Shown: positions 25,653-35,810 of the stretch, piece by piece
Position numbering within the stretch: the stretch's first letter is position 1
Layout: the number at the start of each line of letters is the position of its first letter
Source: an uncultured Thermococci archaeon
Lineage (GTDB): Archaea; Methanobacteriota_B; Thermococci; Thermococcales; CAYNOZ01
Direction: 5' to 3'
Length of the DNA stretch: 44,046 bases
Assembly (NCBI GenBank): GCA_964398955.1
Contig: CAYNOZ010000002.1
Location: 1,814 to 45,859 of the forward strand
The notes under the pieces: model-generated
What the model was told of the DNA's origin: nothing
The model's input: only the letters and a program-made list of their open reading frames with translations
Databases searched by the model: none
Position numbers and translations under genes: made by a program

Positions 25653-26068
25653 GTATAAGGTTTGGAATATCTTCTCCTAAAGAAAAAAGTCTTTTGATCC
25701 TTTGTTTAAAGTTTTAATTTTAATAAATTTTGTTAAAAAATCTTAAAAATTGATTATTTATTATTTAGGTTAAAGAAAAGCTACCTCTATAAAGGAAAAT
25801 TCTAAAGGTTTTAAATCCAGCCGTTGGGAATTAAGATTCCTTGATACTCGAACCCAAAAAATCTAAAAACTTTTGATAAATTCTTTTATAATAAGACTTT
25901 GATATTTTCCTTAAATTCATATTTGCATAAAATTCGTCTCATCCCTTGGTCTCTTCAAAATCTTAAATATGGAAAAATAAAAATAATGTCTTAGTTGAAA
26001 CCTTGGATTAATTAAATGTTTTTAAGTAAGACATTAATGATTTTAATATTGAATCGAGGAATTTTAAT

Positions 26069-26575
26069 ATGAAAAATGTGGATTTAAAGTCTAATAAAAG
26101 GCGAAGAAAATATGATAAAATTGTAACAGCTGGAACTTTCGATAGGCTTCATTTAGGTCATTTATACCTACTTACAAAAGCTTTTAAACTTTCTGAATAT
26201 GTTTACATAGGTATAACTGATGATCAAATGATAAAAGATAAGGAAAAGTCTAATGAAATATGGGATTACAAGAAAAGATTTGCAGAGATACTTAATTTTC
26301 TTAAGGATCAAAGAAACTACAGATTGTTTAGAATTAACAATCCATATGGATTTACGCTTAAATTTAAAGACTTAGATGCAATATTAGTTAGTAAAGAAAC
26401 GGAAAATACTGGAAAAAAGATTAACAAAAGAAGAAAAGAAAAAGGATTTCCAAAACTTAAAATAGAAACCATAGAAATGATAAAATCTGAAAAAGGAAAC
26501 AGAATAAGTTCAACCAAAATAAGAAAAAACAAAATAGACAGAGAAGGAAAACTAAAACTAAAAAGATTCATGTAA
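26069..26575 (+). CDS. Archaeal-type phosphopantetheine adenylyltransferase (cytidylyltransferase fold)
   Basis: AGTFDRLHLGHLYLL (HxGH), ILVSKETENTGKKIN, and ISSTKIR. Confidence 0.8.
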   Translation: MKNVDLKSNKRRRKYDKIVTAGTFDRLHLGHLYLLTKAFKLSEYVYIGITDDQMIKDKEKSNEIWDYKKRFAEILNFLKDQRNYRLFRINNPYGFTLKFKDLDAILVSKETENTGKKINKRRKEKGFPKLKIETIEMIKSEKGNRISSTKIRKNKIDREGKLKLKRFM

Positions 26576-26661
26576 AACCAAAAACAAAAAATCTCTCAAA
26601 ATCTTAAAAAAGAGAACAAGAAAATAAAAAAATATATTAATCAGAAAGAATAATTCAAGAC

Positions 26662-26715
26662 GTGATGACCCTGGCTCGACCGACCGTAAGGGATGACGAA
26701 GATTTCGAGTTCTGA
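26662..26715 (+). ncRNA. C/D-box sRNA (2'-O-methylation guide)
   Basis: C box GTGATGA (26662-26668); 12-nt guide; degenerate D' (CGAC/CCGA); C' ATGACGA (26693-26699); exactly 12 nt (agatttcgagtt); D box CTGA (26712-26715). It is intergenic between convergent genes. Confidence 0.7.
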
Positions 26716-26782
26716 AACCTTTAAATTCTATCTATTTTTTAATAAGAAAGAAAATATAGTTAATAAAGATTATATTGTTTTT

Positions 26783-27958
26783 TTAAGTTTCTAAATCCTC
26801 AGGTAAGGCTTTTTCCCACTGTTCTTTAGCCAATTTTCCGTTGTATTTGAATTGATCGATTTGATCCTTTGCTTTTTCCTTTTTCTTCTGATGATCTTCC
26901 AAGAAATCATTGATCTTATCAATCAATTGTGCTTTACATTCTCCACATAAGATATCTCCATTTTTGCAGTCCATAAACCTTTGCTCTAGATCTTCGTCAC
27001 TCTCTTCGAACAAAATCTTGAACCATTTAAAGACCACACAGACTTCTGGTTTTCCTCCTTTTTTTCTCTGTTCTTTTGCGGTAGTTCTTCCCCCAGTATA
27101 AGCATTTTTATTTATTTTTTCCTTTACCTCTTCTTCGGTATCGCTAAGATATACAGCGGTTTTCTTCTTGCTTGAACTCATTTTCCCTGACATACCTGTT
27201 AAACTTGGGAAAAACTTTGAATGTACTGCAGCTACTTTATGATACCCTAAACTTTCCGCATAATCTCTTTGAATTCTCCAGTATGGATCTTGATCAATCG
27301 CAGCAGGTATTAAACATCTTTTCTTTTCAAAAAAGGTAGGAGCTGCTTGAACTGCTGGATAATATAAGGAACCTAAATTTGTTTGTCTATCAAAACCGAA
27401 AACAGCATTAGCCTCAGAAAAATTAACTTTTTTAGATATTTCTAATGCCATCTCATATATTTGACTAAATTCAGAATCCTGAAAAATGAAAGTTTTATCC
27501 GGATCAAATCCAACGGCTATAATATCCAGAATATTATCCAAAGCCCATTTTTTGGTTTCTTCTAAAGATAAATCCTTAACTAAAAACTTTTCATCATCTG
27601 TAATCTGGATATATAGATTCACATCGAATTTATCTTGAAGCCATTTAGTTACTACGAAGGATGAAATATGGCCAATATGCATTGGACCTGATGGACCTCT
27701 CCCAGTATATAAAAAGAAATCATCTCCATTTTCATAATCATCTAAAACTTTATCAAAATCCCGGTGAGAGAAAAAGAAATCCCTCTTGAAAAAGTTGTGC
27801 AATTCTCCAGTATGTTTCTCCATCCTATTCTTAATTTTTTTATCTAATCTATTAGTGCCAAATTTTTTGATTAATTTATTATAATCCACTTTTCCCTTAA
27901 CATCCCAGGGAGATACCTCAAATCCTTCATCTTCTCCATTTGCATCTGTATCCATCAA
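26783..27958 (-). CDS. trpS: Tryptophan--tRNA ligase (archaeal/eukaryotic type)
   Basis: Class I motifs GPMHIGH and KMSSS. AAIDQDPYWR is typical of TrpRS. Confidence 0.85.
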   Translation of the reverse strand: MMDTDANGEDEGFEVSPWDVKGKVDYNKLIKKFGTNRLDKKIKNRMEKHTGELHNFFKRDFFFSHRDFDKVLDDYENGDDFFLYTGRGPSGPMHIGHISSFVVTKWLQDKFDVNLYIQITDDEKFLVKDLSLEETKKWALDNILDIIAVGFDPDKTFIFQDSEFSQIYEMALEISKKVNFSEANAVFGFDRQTNLGSLYYPAVQAAPTFFEKKRCLIPAAIDQDPYWRIQRDYAESLGYHKVAAVHSKFFPSLTGMSGKMSSSKKKTAVYLSDTEEEVKEKINKNAYTGGRTTAKEQRKKGGKPEVCVVFKWFKILFEESDEDLEQRFMDCKNGDILCGECKAQLIDKINDFLEDHQKKKEKAKDQIDQFKYNGKLAKEQWEKALPEDLET

Positions 27959-28638
27959 TAAAGCCTCCTAGAAAAGTTTTTATAACATTTAAGAATTCTC
28001 TTGTAGAAAATCAAGAATAACATATAGTATGGGTTAATCAGATCAGTAGTTTCACTAGTTTCTTTGCCAAAATCGACCACCGGCAATATTCAACACCATA
28101 TTAATACCGGGAGTTTTTGTAATCCTGAATATTTAAAACTTTCTGTCATACCTTTTCAAGAAAATTAATAATATTTCAATTCAAAGTAAAAATCAACAAA
28201 GCTTATAAATTCTCTATAAATGAGATTAGAAATACAAAGAAAGTCGATGAGATAATGATCAATTCATATTAACCATGAAACAAGCATTAAAAACATTAGA
28301 AAAGCTATTATTCCTATAACGAAAAAGTAACCCTCCCAAATCTCAAAAATTATGTTTGAGATACCCGACATTCAATCCCTTTACATATAGGAAATTGATG
28401 GTAATAAGACTTTCCCAAATGAAAAATTATATTTAAAAAAGATTCAGTATTTTTATAAATAGTTAAGATAAGTAATTTTAAATCAAATTTAAAAGTCTAA
28501 AAAATTTTTATTAAAAAAATCAAAGCTTTTAATTATAAAATTTAAAAAATTAAGAAATTTATGTACTCTCAATGATCTCCTTTATAATTAAATTACTTTT
28601 CACCAAAATCATAGACAGAATCAAATCTAAGGACTCTT

Positions 28639-29679
28639 TTAAACGTTAATTTTAGTTTCTTTTGTTATCTCTTTGCTTTTTGCTGTTTCAGATAATCTTT
28701 CGAAGAATTCATTGCTTTTTATGCTGTTAGGAACATGTTCTAGGATCGCGAAAACTTCATTCCTAGATATTTTAATTGAACCTGGTTTCAGAATTTTTGA
28801 TTTGTTATCTTTTACTTCTCGTAGTGTGCTTACTGCTAACATGTAAGGTATTATAGTGAATTCTCTTGCATCCTTTGCTTTAGTGGGAATAAATTTTATG
28901 TATTGTTTCGCTTTTTTTAATTTAGTTGTTGCATGTTCGTTAAGTTCGTCTATAGCTTCTAGGACTGATTTTTCATCTTTAAAAATTTTTCCTTGTGTAG
29001 TTCCATGTTTCTGAAGTAGCTTTTGTGGTATGAAAATGCTGTTTTCTTCGTGATAATCTGCATATATGTCTTTAATTATATTGACTGTCTGAAGGGCTTC
29101 TCCAAATTCTTTTGAATTTTTACTCATCTTGGTTACTGTGTTTCCCTCTAAATCATGATAATATGAAAATATCTCAGTTAATAGATTCCCTACTGTACCT
29201 GCAACGTAATAACAGTACTCGCTAAATTCATCCATGGTTTTTATTCTAATTGTTCCATTATAACGGTCTATAATATCTTTCATTCCCTCTATCATTTCAG
29301 TTATGTGGGGTCTAACTGATCCTTTAATTTTATCAGGAAATGTTTCGAATAATCTTAAAACTCTATCAGAGTTTTTAACTAAATCCCAATAAGCTATATC
29401 TTTATGAAAATCTTCAGTTTCTTGAATAAAAGATTTTACATCAGATTTAGATCTATTAGGATTGTTAAATATCTTATTATACTTATTTAGTAGTTCTTTC
29501 TTCTTTTCTAACGGTATATTAGGATCATCCTCTATAGTATCCGGTATCCTGCACAACAAGTAACTAACACAAATAAAATCACTTAAAGGATCGCTAACCC
29601 TCTCTATACCAATAGCGAAGGTTCTAGATACATCCTGAATTACATTATGACAGTACTCGGAATCTGTTTGGCTTTTCAT
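28639..29679 (-). CDS. Squalene/phytoene synthase family (trans-isoprenyl diphosphate synthase, head-to-head)
   Basis: SRTFAIGI, first Asp-rich motif DTIEDD, YCYYVAGTVG, and second motif NIIKDIYADYHE. Confidence 0.8.
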   Translation of the reverse strand: MKSQTDSEYCHNVIQDVSRTFAIGIERVSDPLSDFICVSYLLCRIPDTIEDDPNIPLEKKKELLNKYNKIFNNPNRSKSDVKSFIQETEDFHKDIAYWDLVKNSDRVLRLFETFPDKIKGSVRPHITEMIEGMKDIIDRYNGTIRIKTMDEFSEYCYYVAGTVGNLLTEIFSYYHDLEGNTVTKMSKNSKEFGEALQTVNIIKDIYADYHEENSIFIPQKLLQKHGTTQGKIFKDEKSVLEAIDELNEHATTKLKKAKQYIKFIPTKAKDAREFTIIPYMLAVSTLREVKDNKSKILKPGSIKISRNEVFAILEHVPNSIKSNEFFERLSETAKSKEITKETKINV

Positions 29680-29778
29680 AGTTAGTTTAGTATACCAGGG
29701 ATGACTTAAATATTAATTGGTTCTTACCCAAAAGATAGTTAGGAGATACAGAACCGATTTAGAAGAAAGATAGTGTAA

Positions 29779-29856
29779 TGGTGGGGCCGCTGAGATTTGA
29801 ACTCAGGTATCTAGCGCCCCATGCTAGGAGGATAGTCCAAGCTACCCTACGGCCCC
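29779..29856 (-). tRNA. tRNA-Pro (anticodon GGG), CCA encoded
   Basis: Acceptor GGGGCCG/CGGCCCC; anticodon stem CTAGC/GCTAG with loop ATGGGGC. The T arm and 3' end are identical to tRNA-Pro(UGG) at 280-356. Confidence 0.88.
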
Positions 29857-30037
29857 CCTGGAGACAGAAAAAATTTTATAGAATATAAACTTTTTGATCA
29901 TAAGAATTTAGATTTAAATTTTTTGCATACTTTATTGAATTCGAATAGAAATACTTATAAGATTACTAATCAAATAAATTCCATTTTTAATTTATTGAAG
30001 TTTTCTAAAACTTTATAGATTGCGATGAAGGTGGCTG

Positions 30038-31246
30038 CTATTTAAATAAGTTGAAAAGATTGACTTGTACTTCTTGATTTTTTTCTACGTAATCAATATT
30101 TTTTGGTATTTCTATGTATCCTTCAGCTTTTGTGAACGAAGTTAGAGCGAAACTTCCTTTAAAAGTTGGTATTACTTTTTTATCATCTAAGTATACTGGT
30201 AGTAAGAATTTTCTGCCTTTAGGACATTTGACTTTCTCTGTTAATTTTCCTTTTTCTTTTTTGACTGGATATGAGGTTCCTAACATTTTTTCTATTATTG
30301 GTTTGACGATTTTATGTAATTGAATTAGGCTTGATGTGGGATTGCCTGGTAGACCTATTACTGGGGTTTTTCCTATCTTGGCTATTATTAGTGGTTTACC
30401 CGGTTTTACAGCTACTCCATGGATTAATATTTGTCCTAAATTCTCTAAAACTTTGATAGTGTAATCTTTTTCCCCGACTGATGCTCCTCCAGATATTATT
30501 ATTAGTTCATTCTGTGTGTTTCTTTTTATTTTTTCTTTAAGATCTTCTTTTTTGTCTTTTCCTATTCCTAAGAATTTGGATTTGGCTCCCATCTGTTTTA
30601 ATGCATCAGTTATTGTTCTACCGTTTATATCATAAATTTTTCCATTACTAAGATCTTCTCCTGGTAAGATTACTTCATCTCCGGTTGATATTACAGATAT
30701 GGATGGTTTTTGAAAGACTTTGAATTCATCTATGCCTAATGAAGAGATCAACCCGGTATCTTTGTATGTTAATTTTTTCCCTTTATTAAGAATTTTTTGT
30801 CCTTTTTTTATGTCTTCACCTTTTACTACAGTATTAAAGCTTGGATGAACACTGTTTCTTACAATAATTTGATTTTCAGACTCTTCCACATTTTCTATCA
30901 TAAGAACTGCATTAGCTCCTTCTGGTAAAGGCGCTCCAGTTGCTATCTCCATACACTCGTTTTCATTTAATTTACCAGTTTTTTGTCCAGCTCTAATTTC
31001 TCCTACCTTTTCAAGTTTTACCGAATTGGCTTCACTTGCTTTATATGTATCCTTAGCCTTTACTGCATAACCATCATACATAGATTTTTTAAAACTAGGC
31101 ACATTTATAGGAGCAACAATATCTTCAGCCAATATCCTGTTCAATGATTTTTCTATAGGAATAGATTCTGTTTTAGGACCTTTTTTGCTAATTATTTCAT
31201 TATTAATAATCTTCTGTACTTCTTCAAGATCTTTAACATTTAACAT
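30038..31246 (-). CDS. moeA: Molybdopterin molybdenumtransferase MoeA
   Basis: 402 aa with MoeA domain order: SVISTGDEV, IIISGGASVGEKDY, and GLPGNPTSS. Confidence 0.9.
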   Translation of the reverse strand: MLNVKDLEEVQKIINNEIISKKGPKTESIPIEKSLNRILAEDIVAPINVPSFKKSMYDGYAVKAKDTYKASEANSVKLEKVGEIRAGQKTGKLNENECMEIATGAPLPEGANAVLMIENVEESENQIIVRNSVHPSFNTVVKGEDIKKGQKILNKGKKLTYKDTGLISSLGIDEFKVFQKPSISVISTGDEVILPGEDLSNGKIYDINGRTITDALKQMGAKSKFLGIGKDKKEDLKEKIKRNTQNELIIISGGASVGEKDYTIKVLENLGQILIHGVAVKPGKPLIIAKIGKTPVIGLPGNPTSSLIQLHKIVKPIIEKMLGTSYPVKKEKGKLTEKVKCPKGRKFLLPVYLDDKKVIPTFKGSFALTSFTKAEGYIEIPKNIDYVEKNQEVQVNLFNLFK

Positions 31247-31873
31247 TTAATCGCCTTTTTCTCCAAATATTTGATCTACTTCTCCATTAGGACTTTTTTC
31301 GGCGAATACTATACCTGAAAATTTCTTTACAGTGATACTGTTATCCTTCCAACAATCAGTTCTTAGTCCTGCTTTCTTACAGGTCTGTTCTAGAAATTCT
31401 CTTTCATCCCAATTATGTTCTATAGGCACAGTAGGTAATAATAAGCCACTACCCATTGAGCTTTCCATTAGTAATCCATTTTTCCCGACTTTAATCTGAT
31501 TAGGTAATTTTTTTCTATCATCAACCTCAATTTTTTCAGGCTGTGAAAGTACAGATACTTCAATCACTATTTCTTCCAATTCATCTAAACTTAATTCCGG
31601 AAATCTAGGATCCTTAGTGCTGCTGTTAATTGATGAATCTATAACAGCTTTAATTAATGACTTTCTTGGTAAAGGAATCCCCATACAACCTCTTAATCTT
31701 TTTTCACCAGATTTATCATATTTTTTTAAAGTAACAAAGGCGCCCATATCTTTTTTCAACTTTTCAGATACTTTAGGAGTGGAAATCCTTTTACCATCTT
31801 CTAAATAGGTTTTAATCGATTTTCTTGCAATATTAATTAAATTTTGCCCATCTTTTAGATTGATTTCTTCCAA
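31247..31873 (-). CDS. AMMECR1-domain protein
   Basis: LRGCMGIP and DPRFPEL motifs. Length about 208 aa. Confidence 0.88.
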   Translation of the reverse strand: MEEINLKDGQNLINIARKSIKTYLEDGKRISTPKVSEKLKKDMGAFVTLKKYDKSGEKRLRGCMGIPLPRKSLIKAVIDSSINSSTKDPRFPELSLDELEEIVIEVSVLSQPEKIEVDDRKKLPNQIKVGKNGLLMESSMGSGLLLPTVPIEHNWDEREFLEQTCKKAGLRTDCWKDNSITVKKFSGIVFAEKSPNGEVDQIFGEKGD

Positions 31874-31874
31874 T

Positions 31875-32291
31875 TTATCCCCTCAAATTATTAATAATAT
31901 TTTTCATTGTTTCCCAATGCTTTCCTTTCCAGTATAATTGATTACAATTCTTACAAATCCATACTCTTTTCACATAATCAGAATTTATTTCATCTTTATT
32001 TTTAATTTCCTCGTAAGTTGCTTCCCTAAGTTCACCATTACATTTTGAACATCTAGAATTTTTAGGATCGAGATTTATTTCTATCAAATCTAGATTTGAA
32101 AGATTTTCTAATTGAACTGCTAAATCATCGCTCTTAATTAGTACTGATTTTTCTACTTTTTTCGATAATTCTTTATCTCTTGTAAGTAGTATCCTTTCAT
32201 CCATAAGTTGTATTAATTTTTTATCATCTTGAATTTTGTATTCGGTATCGTATCCTAGTATTCTTAACCATCTGCTAAGCTTTCCAAGCAT
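31875..32291 (-). CDS. Mut7-C (DUF82) PIN-like RNase domain protein with Zn ribbon
   Basis: MLGKLSRWLRILGYDT N-terminus, with CSKCNG...CKNCNQLYWKGKHW at the C-terminus. Confidence 0.88.
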   Translation of the reverse strand: MLGKLSRWLRILGYDTEYKIQDDKKLIQLMDERILLTRDKELSKKVEKSVLIKSDDLAVQLENLSNLDLIEINLDPKNSRCSKCNGELREATYEEIKNKDEINSDYVKRVWICKNCNQLYWKGKHWETMKNIINNLRG

Positions 32292-32348
32292 TGCATCTGC
32301 TATGAATTTTTCTTTTTTTGTAGTTTTATTCGTTTTTATCGTTTTTAA

Positions 32349-32888
32349 TCACATCTCCGGTATTTTCATAGGATTCTCAAGATCTGAATCAATCTTTCTT
32401 AGTCTTTCAGGACCATTTATCTCTTTAATATATCCTGACACTGGTTCAGGAACAAGTTCTTCCCAATCCTTATCATTTAACATCCTTTTTCTTATTTCCG
32501 TGGCTGAATATTCGTTTTTATCGAACATTGGGAGATGATTGACATCGTATCCTTCTTCCTCAAAAAGTCTTGAGACTAAACTATTGCCCGTATAAACACT
32601 TGAAAACTCAGGTATCATAGATTCCACGTAATTTACCCATATTGAATTGAAATTAATATCCGGTAAAGGATTTATCATGAAACAATTTCTTTTTAGTTCA
32701 CTTTCCTTTAAGGCTCTGAGAAGCATTTCAATTCTTTCACCCGCTTTAAATGGATTATCCTTCGTATGACTAGACTGAGCACTACCTATCCCAATAATTA
32801 AATCATCTACATCATCTAAAATATGTTTAACTACTCTAATATGTCCTTTATGCGGTGGTTGAAACCTTCCAATATATAAACCTCTCAT
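32349..32888 (-). CDS. Nicotinamide-nucleotide adenylyltransferase (archaeal NadM type)
   Basis: RGLYIGRFQPPHKGH (HxGH class). Confidence 0.9.
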   Translation of the reverse strand: MRGLYIGRFQPPHKGHIRVVKHILDDVDDLIIGIGSAQSSHTKDNPFKAGERIEMLLRALKESELKRNCFMINPLPDINFNSIWVNYVESMIPEFSSVYTGNSLVSRLFEEEGYDVNHLPMFDKNEYSATEIRKRMLNDKDWEELVPEPVSGYIKEINGPERLRKIDSDLENPMKIPEM

Positions 32889-32899
32889 AATAACACCAC

Positions 32900-33661
32900 T
32901 TACAAAAACTCTACTATAACATCATCACCTGTATTAACATCTAAAACTTTGGAAGCATTTCCTTGATTTATAGAAATTTCTAAAAATCCATGACTTCCCC
33001 TTAGACTCATTAGTCCACTAACATCAACATCTGAATAAGTTTTCATAAATCTTAATTTTCTTTCTTCTCCTTCTTCAGGTTTGAAGATGATTTCAGAAGG
33101 TTCATCAAACTCTTTAATATTAGTAATTATATTTCCAAAGTCATCAACAAAAATAACCTTAGCCTGAATTTCCTTCCCATCTTTTTCTGGTTTTAAATCT
33201 AGTTTTTTAAATTGATCAGTAGGAGAGCTAAATTTATTCGGATCATAACCTATCTCAAGAAAAGCTCCAACTGGGGCGAATACATCTCTCCCGTGAAAAG
33301 TATGGCTTATTTCACGGCCTAATATTTTTTTTAAATCTTTCTCATTAACTTCATAAATCTTATCAGGATCAAAAAGACTGAAAACTCCATTATCTGGTCC
33401 AACAAAATATTGTTCACCGTCTTTTACAATTAAAGCATTTCTACCAGAACCAACACCTGGATCAACAACACAAACGTGAACAGAAGTGGGGAACCATTTT
33501 TTAACCTCGTTCATAACAAATGAAGCTTCAAAAATATTATGTCTACTTACTTCATGTGTTACATCTACAATATCTATATTAGGATTTATCTGATAAATCG
33601 AACCTTTCATTTCAGCAACGTAAGGAGCTTTAGTTCCAAAATCTGTTGTGAGAGTTAACAT
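32900..33661 (-). CDS. SAM hydroxide adenosyltransferase / DUF62 (fluorinase-chlorinase superfamily)
   Basis: LTLTTDFGTKAPYVAEMKG N-terminus, and VVDPGVGS. Confidence 0.85.
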   Translation of the reverse strand: MLTLTTDFGTKAPYVAEMKGSIYQINPNIDIVDVTHEVSRHNIFEASFVMNEVKKWFPTSVHVCVVDPGVGSGRNALIVKDGEQYFVGPDNGVFSLFDPDKIYEVNEKDLKKILGREISHTFHGRDVFAPVGAFLEIGYDPNKFSSPTDQFKKLDLKPEKDGKEIQAKVIFVDDFGNIITNIKEFDEPSEIIFKPEEGEERKLRFMKTYSDVDVSGLMSLRGSHGFLEISINQGNASKVLDVNTGDDVIVEFL

Positions 33662-33744
33662 CAGATGACTTAAATATAAAGATCCTTATTAAATTTGTGG
33701 ATAATTAATTGATTTCAGTTTTTGAGTTTAGGTTTAGTGATAGG

Positions 33745-34266
33745 ATGTTAGGAGTTTTGAGACTTGGGCATAGACCTGGTAGAGACGATAGAATAACTAC
33801 TCATGTAGCTTTAACAGCTCGTGCTTTTGGTGCTGATAAATTTATATTAGTTTCAGAGGATAAAAGACCAATTAATACTGTTAAAGACGTAACAGAAAGA
33901 TGGGGTGGGGATTTCAGAGCAGTAAACAATGAAAACTGGAAAGAATCAATAAAAAGTTGGAAGAAAAAAGATTCAGTTGTGATACACCTAACTATGTATG
34001 GGGAACCTATAGAAAAAAAAATTAATAAGATAAAAGATTTGAATAACAACGTTCTAATAGTCTTAGGAGCTGAGAAGGTTCCTTCAGAGATTTACAGTAT
34101 AGCAGATTACAACCTCGCAATTGGAAATCAGCCACACTCAGAAGTCGCCGCATTAGGAGTTTTCCTAGACAGATACAATAACCAAAAATCTTTACAAAAA
34201 GATTATAAAGATGCTAATATAAAAGTAATACCGCAAAAAGAAGGTAAGAAAACAATCAATAAATAA
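33745..34266 (+). CDS. tRNA (cytidine56-2'-O)-methyltransferase Trm56
   Basis: LRLGHRPGRDDRITTHVALTARAFGA, with a SPOUT-type C-terminus. The ATG at 33745 is preferred to the upstream TTG. Confidence 0.88.
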   Translation: MLGVLRLGHRPGRDDRITTHVALTARAFGADKFILVSEDKRPINTVKDVTERWGGDFRAVNNENWKESIKSWKKKDSVVIHLTMYGEPIEKKINKIKDLNNNVLIVLGAEKVPSEIYSIADYNLAIGNQPHSEVAALGVFLDRYNNQKSLQKDYKDANIKVIPQKEGKKTINK

Positions 34267-34540
34267 TAAAAATTCTTGGGATCCCCTAAATATTTATAAA
34301 GATTTAATTATTACCTAAAAACCCATTCTTAGAGAATTTCGATATTAAAATGACATTCTATAAATTAAAGATCATATAAATTGTCTAAAATAAGATTAGC
34401 TTATAGAAAAAACTATTTAAATTATTCTTAACCCAAAGGAACTTTGACTAAAAGAGTATTTCACCGAATCTTTAATAATATGCTTTCAAGATGAAAAGTT
34501 TTATATAAATAAAGCTACCTATAATTGATTGGGTGTTTTC

Positions 34541-35053
34541 ATGGTTACAGAGAACGAAGTAAGAGATTTTATTTCCAGTATAGTTGATGAAGAGGGTATG
34601 CAAGTATTTGAGTATTTAAAAGATAAAGAAGAAGTTTCAGATGAGAAAATAGCTGAAAACTTAGATATAGATGAAAAAAAAGTTAGAAGCACCCTCTATA
34701 ACTTTTACGATCATGGAATAGCCAACTATAGAAGGATTCAAGATAAAGAAACAAAATGGTACACTTACTTCTGGCAAATTAATAACTATAATAAAATTCA
34801 AACCGTTATGGCAGAAGAAATAAAAAATAGAATAGAAGAACTTAGTGAAGCAATAGAGAACCAGGAAGAAGAATACTACTCATGTGGAAAACCAAGCCAT
34901 CCTAAACTCACCTTCGACGGTGCCATGGACCTTGAATTTAAATGTCCCAAATGTGGAGACATGTTAGAACCACAGGAAAACGAGAACCTCAAAGCAATGA
35001 AAGATGAATTAAACAGTCTAAGAAACAAACTTTCGAGAATAAAAGAAAACTAA
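34541..35053 (+). CDS. tfe: Transcription factor E (TFE, TFIIE-alpha homolog)
   Basis: N-terminal winged helix, then the Zn-ribbon region CGKPSHPKLTF...FKCPKCG. Confidence 0.85.
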   Translation: MVTENEVRDFISSIVDEEGMQVFEYLKDKEEVSDEKIAENLDIDEKKVRSTLYNFYDHGIANYRRIQDKETKWYTYFWQINNYNKIQTVMAEEIKNRIEELSEAIENQEEEYYSCGKPSHPKLTFDGAMDLEFKCPKCGDMLEPQENENLKAMKDELNSLRNKLSRIKEN

Positions 35054-35069
35054 CAGGAGAAATGAAAAA

Positions 35070-35801
35070 ATGAGCATTTCTGTAAACAAATATCTACAAG
35101 AAAACTTCGAAGATGGACCTTCCATATTCGTACTAGTCGATCCCGATGATGTAACTCCAGAAAATGCCGTAAAAGTATCAAAAAAATCTGAAGAACTTGG
35201 CGTAGACTCACTAATGCTAGGAGGATCATTAGGTGCTCAAGGTGCACTAGTAGAAAAGATATCCACATCACTAAAAGAAGGATCAGATCTACCTGTTATT
35301 TTATTCCCAGGAAGCTCTGGAGGGGTTTCTAAGAAAGCAGATGCAATCTTCTTTATGAGCCTTCTAAATTCACGGAATCCACATTACATTATAGGATCAC
35401 AAGCACAAGGAGCTCCTATAATAAAAAAGTACGGAATAGAAACTTTACCTATGGGGTACCTAGTCGTAGAACCGGGAAAAGCCGTCGGTTGGGTGGGTGA
35501 TGTAAATCCTTTCCCAAGAGATAAACCAGAAATAATATCTGCTTATGCATTAGCAGCACAATATCTAGGAATGGAGTATATTTATTTAGAAGCAGGATCA
35601 GGAGCAGAAAACCCAGTACCAAGTAAGATTGTGAAAGCAGTAAGAAAAGCAGTTGAAATTCCAATCATAGTAGGAGGAGGAATTAAAACTGGTGAACAAG
35701 CAAAGAAATTAGTGAAATCTGGTGCAAATGCAATAGTAACAGGAACCGCAGTAGAAGAGGATTTAAACAATATAAAAAGACTTAAAGAAGCTATAAAATA
35801 A
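35070..35801 (+). CDS. Geranylgeranylglyceryl phosphate synthase (PcrB/GGGPS family)
   Basis: LVDPD, ILFPG, YLEAGSGA, and IIVGGGIKT motifs. Confidence 0.9.
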   Translation: MSISVNKYLQENFEDGPSIFVLVDPDDVTPENAVKVSKKSEELGVDSLMLGGSLGAQGALVEKISTSLKEGSDLPVILFPGSSGGVSKKADAIFFMSLLNSRNPHYIIGSQAQGAPIIKKYGIETLPMGYLVVEPGKAVGWVGDVNPFPRDKPEIISAYALAAQYLGMEYIYLEAGSGAENPVPSKIVKAVRKAVEIPIIVGGGIKTGEQAKKLVKSGANAIVTGTAVEEDLNNIKRLKEAIK

Positions 35802-35810
35802 ATAATTAAC

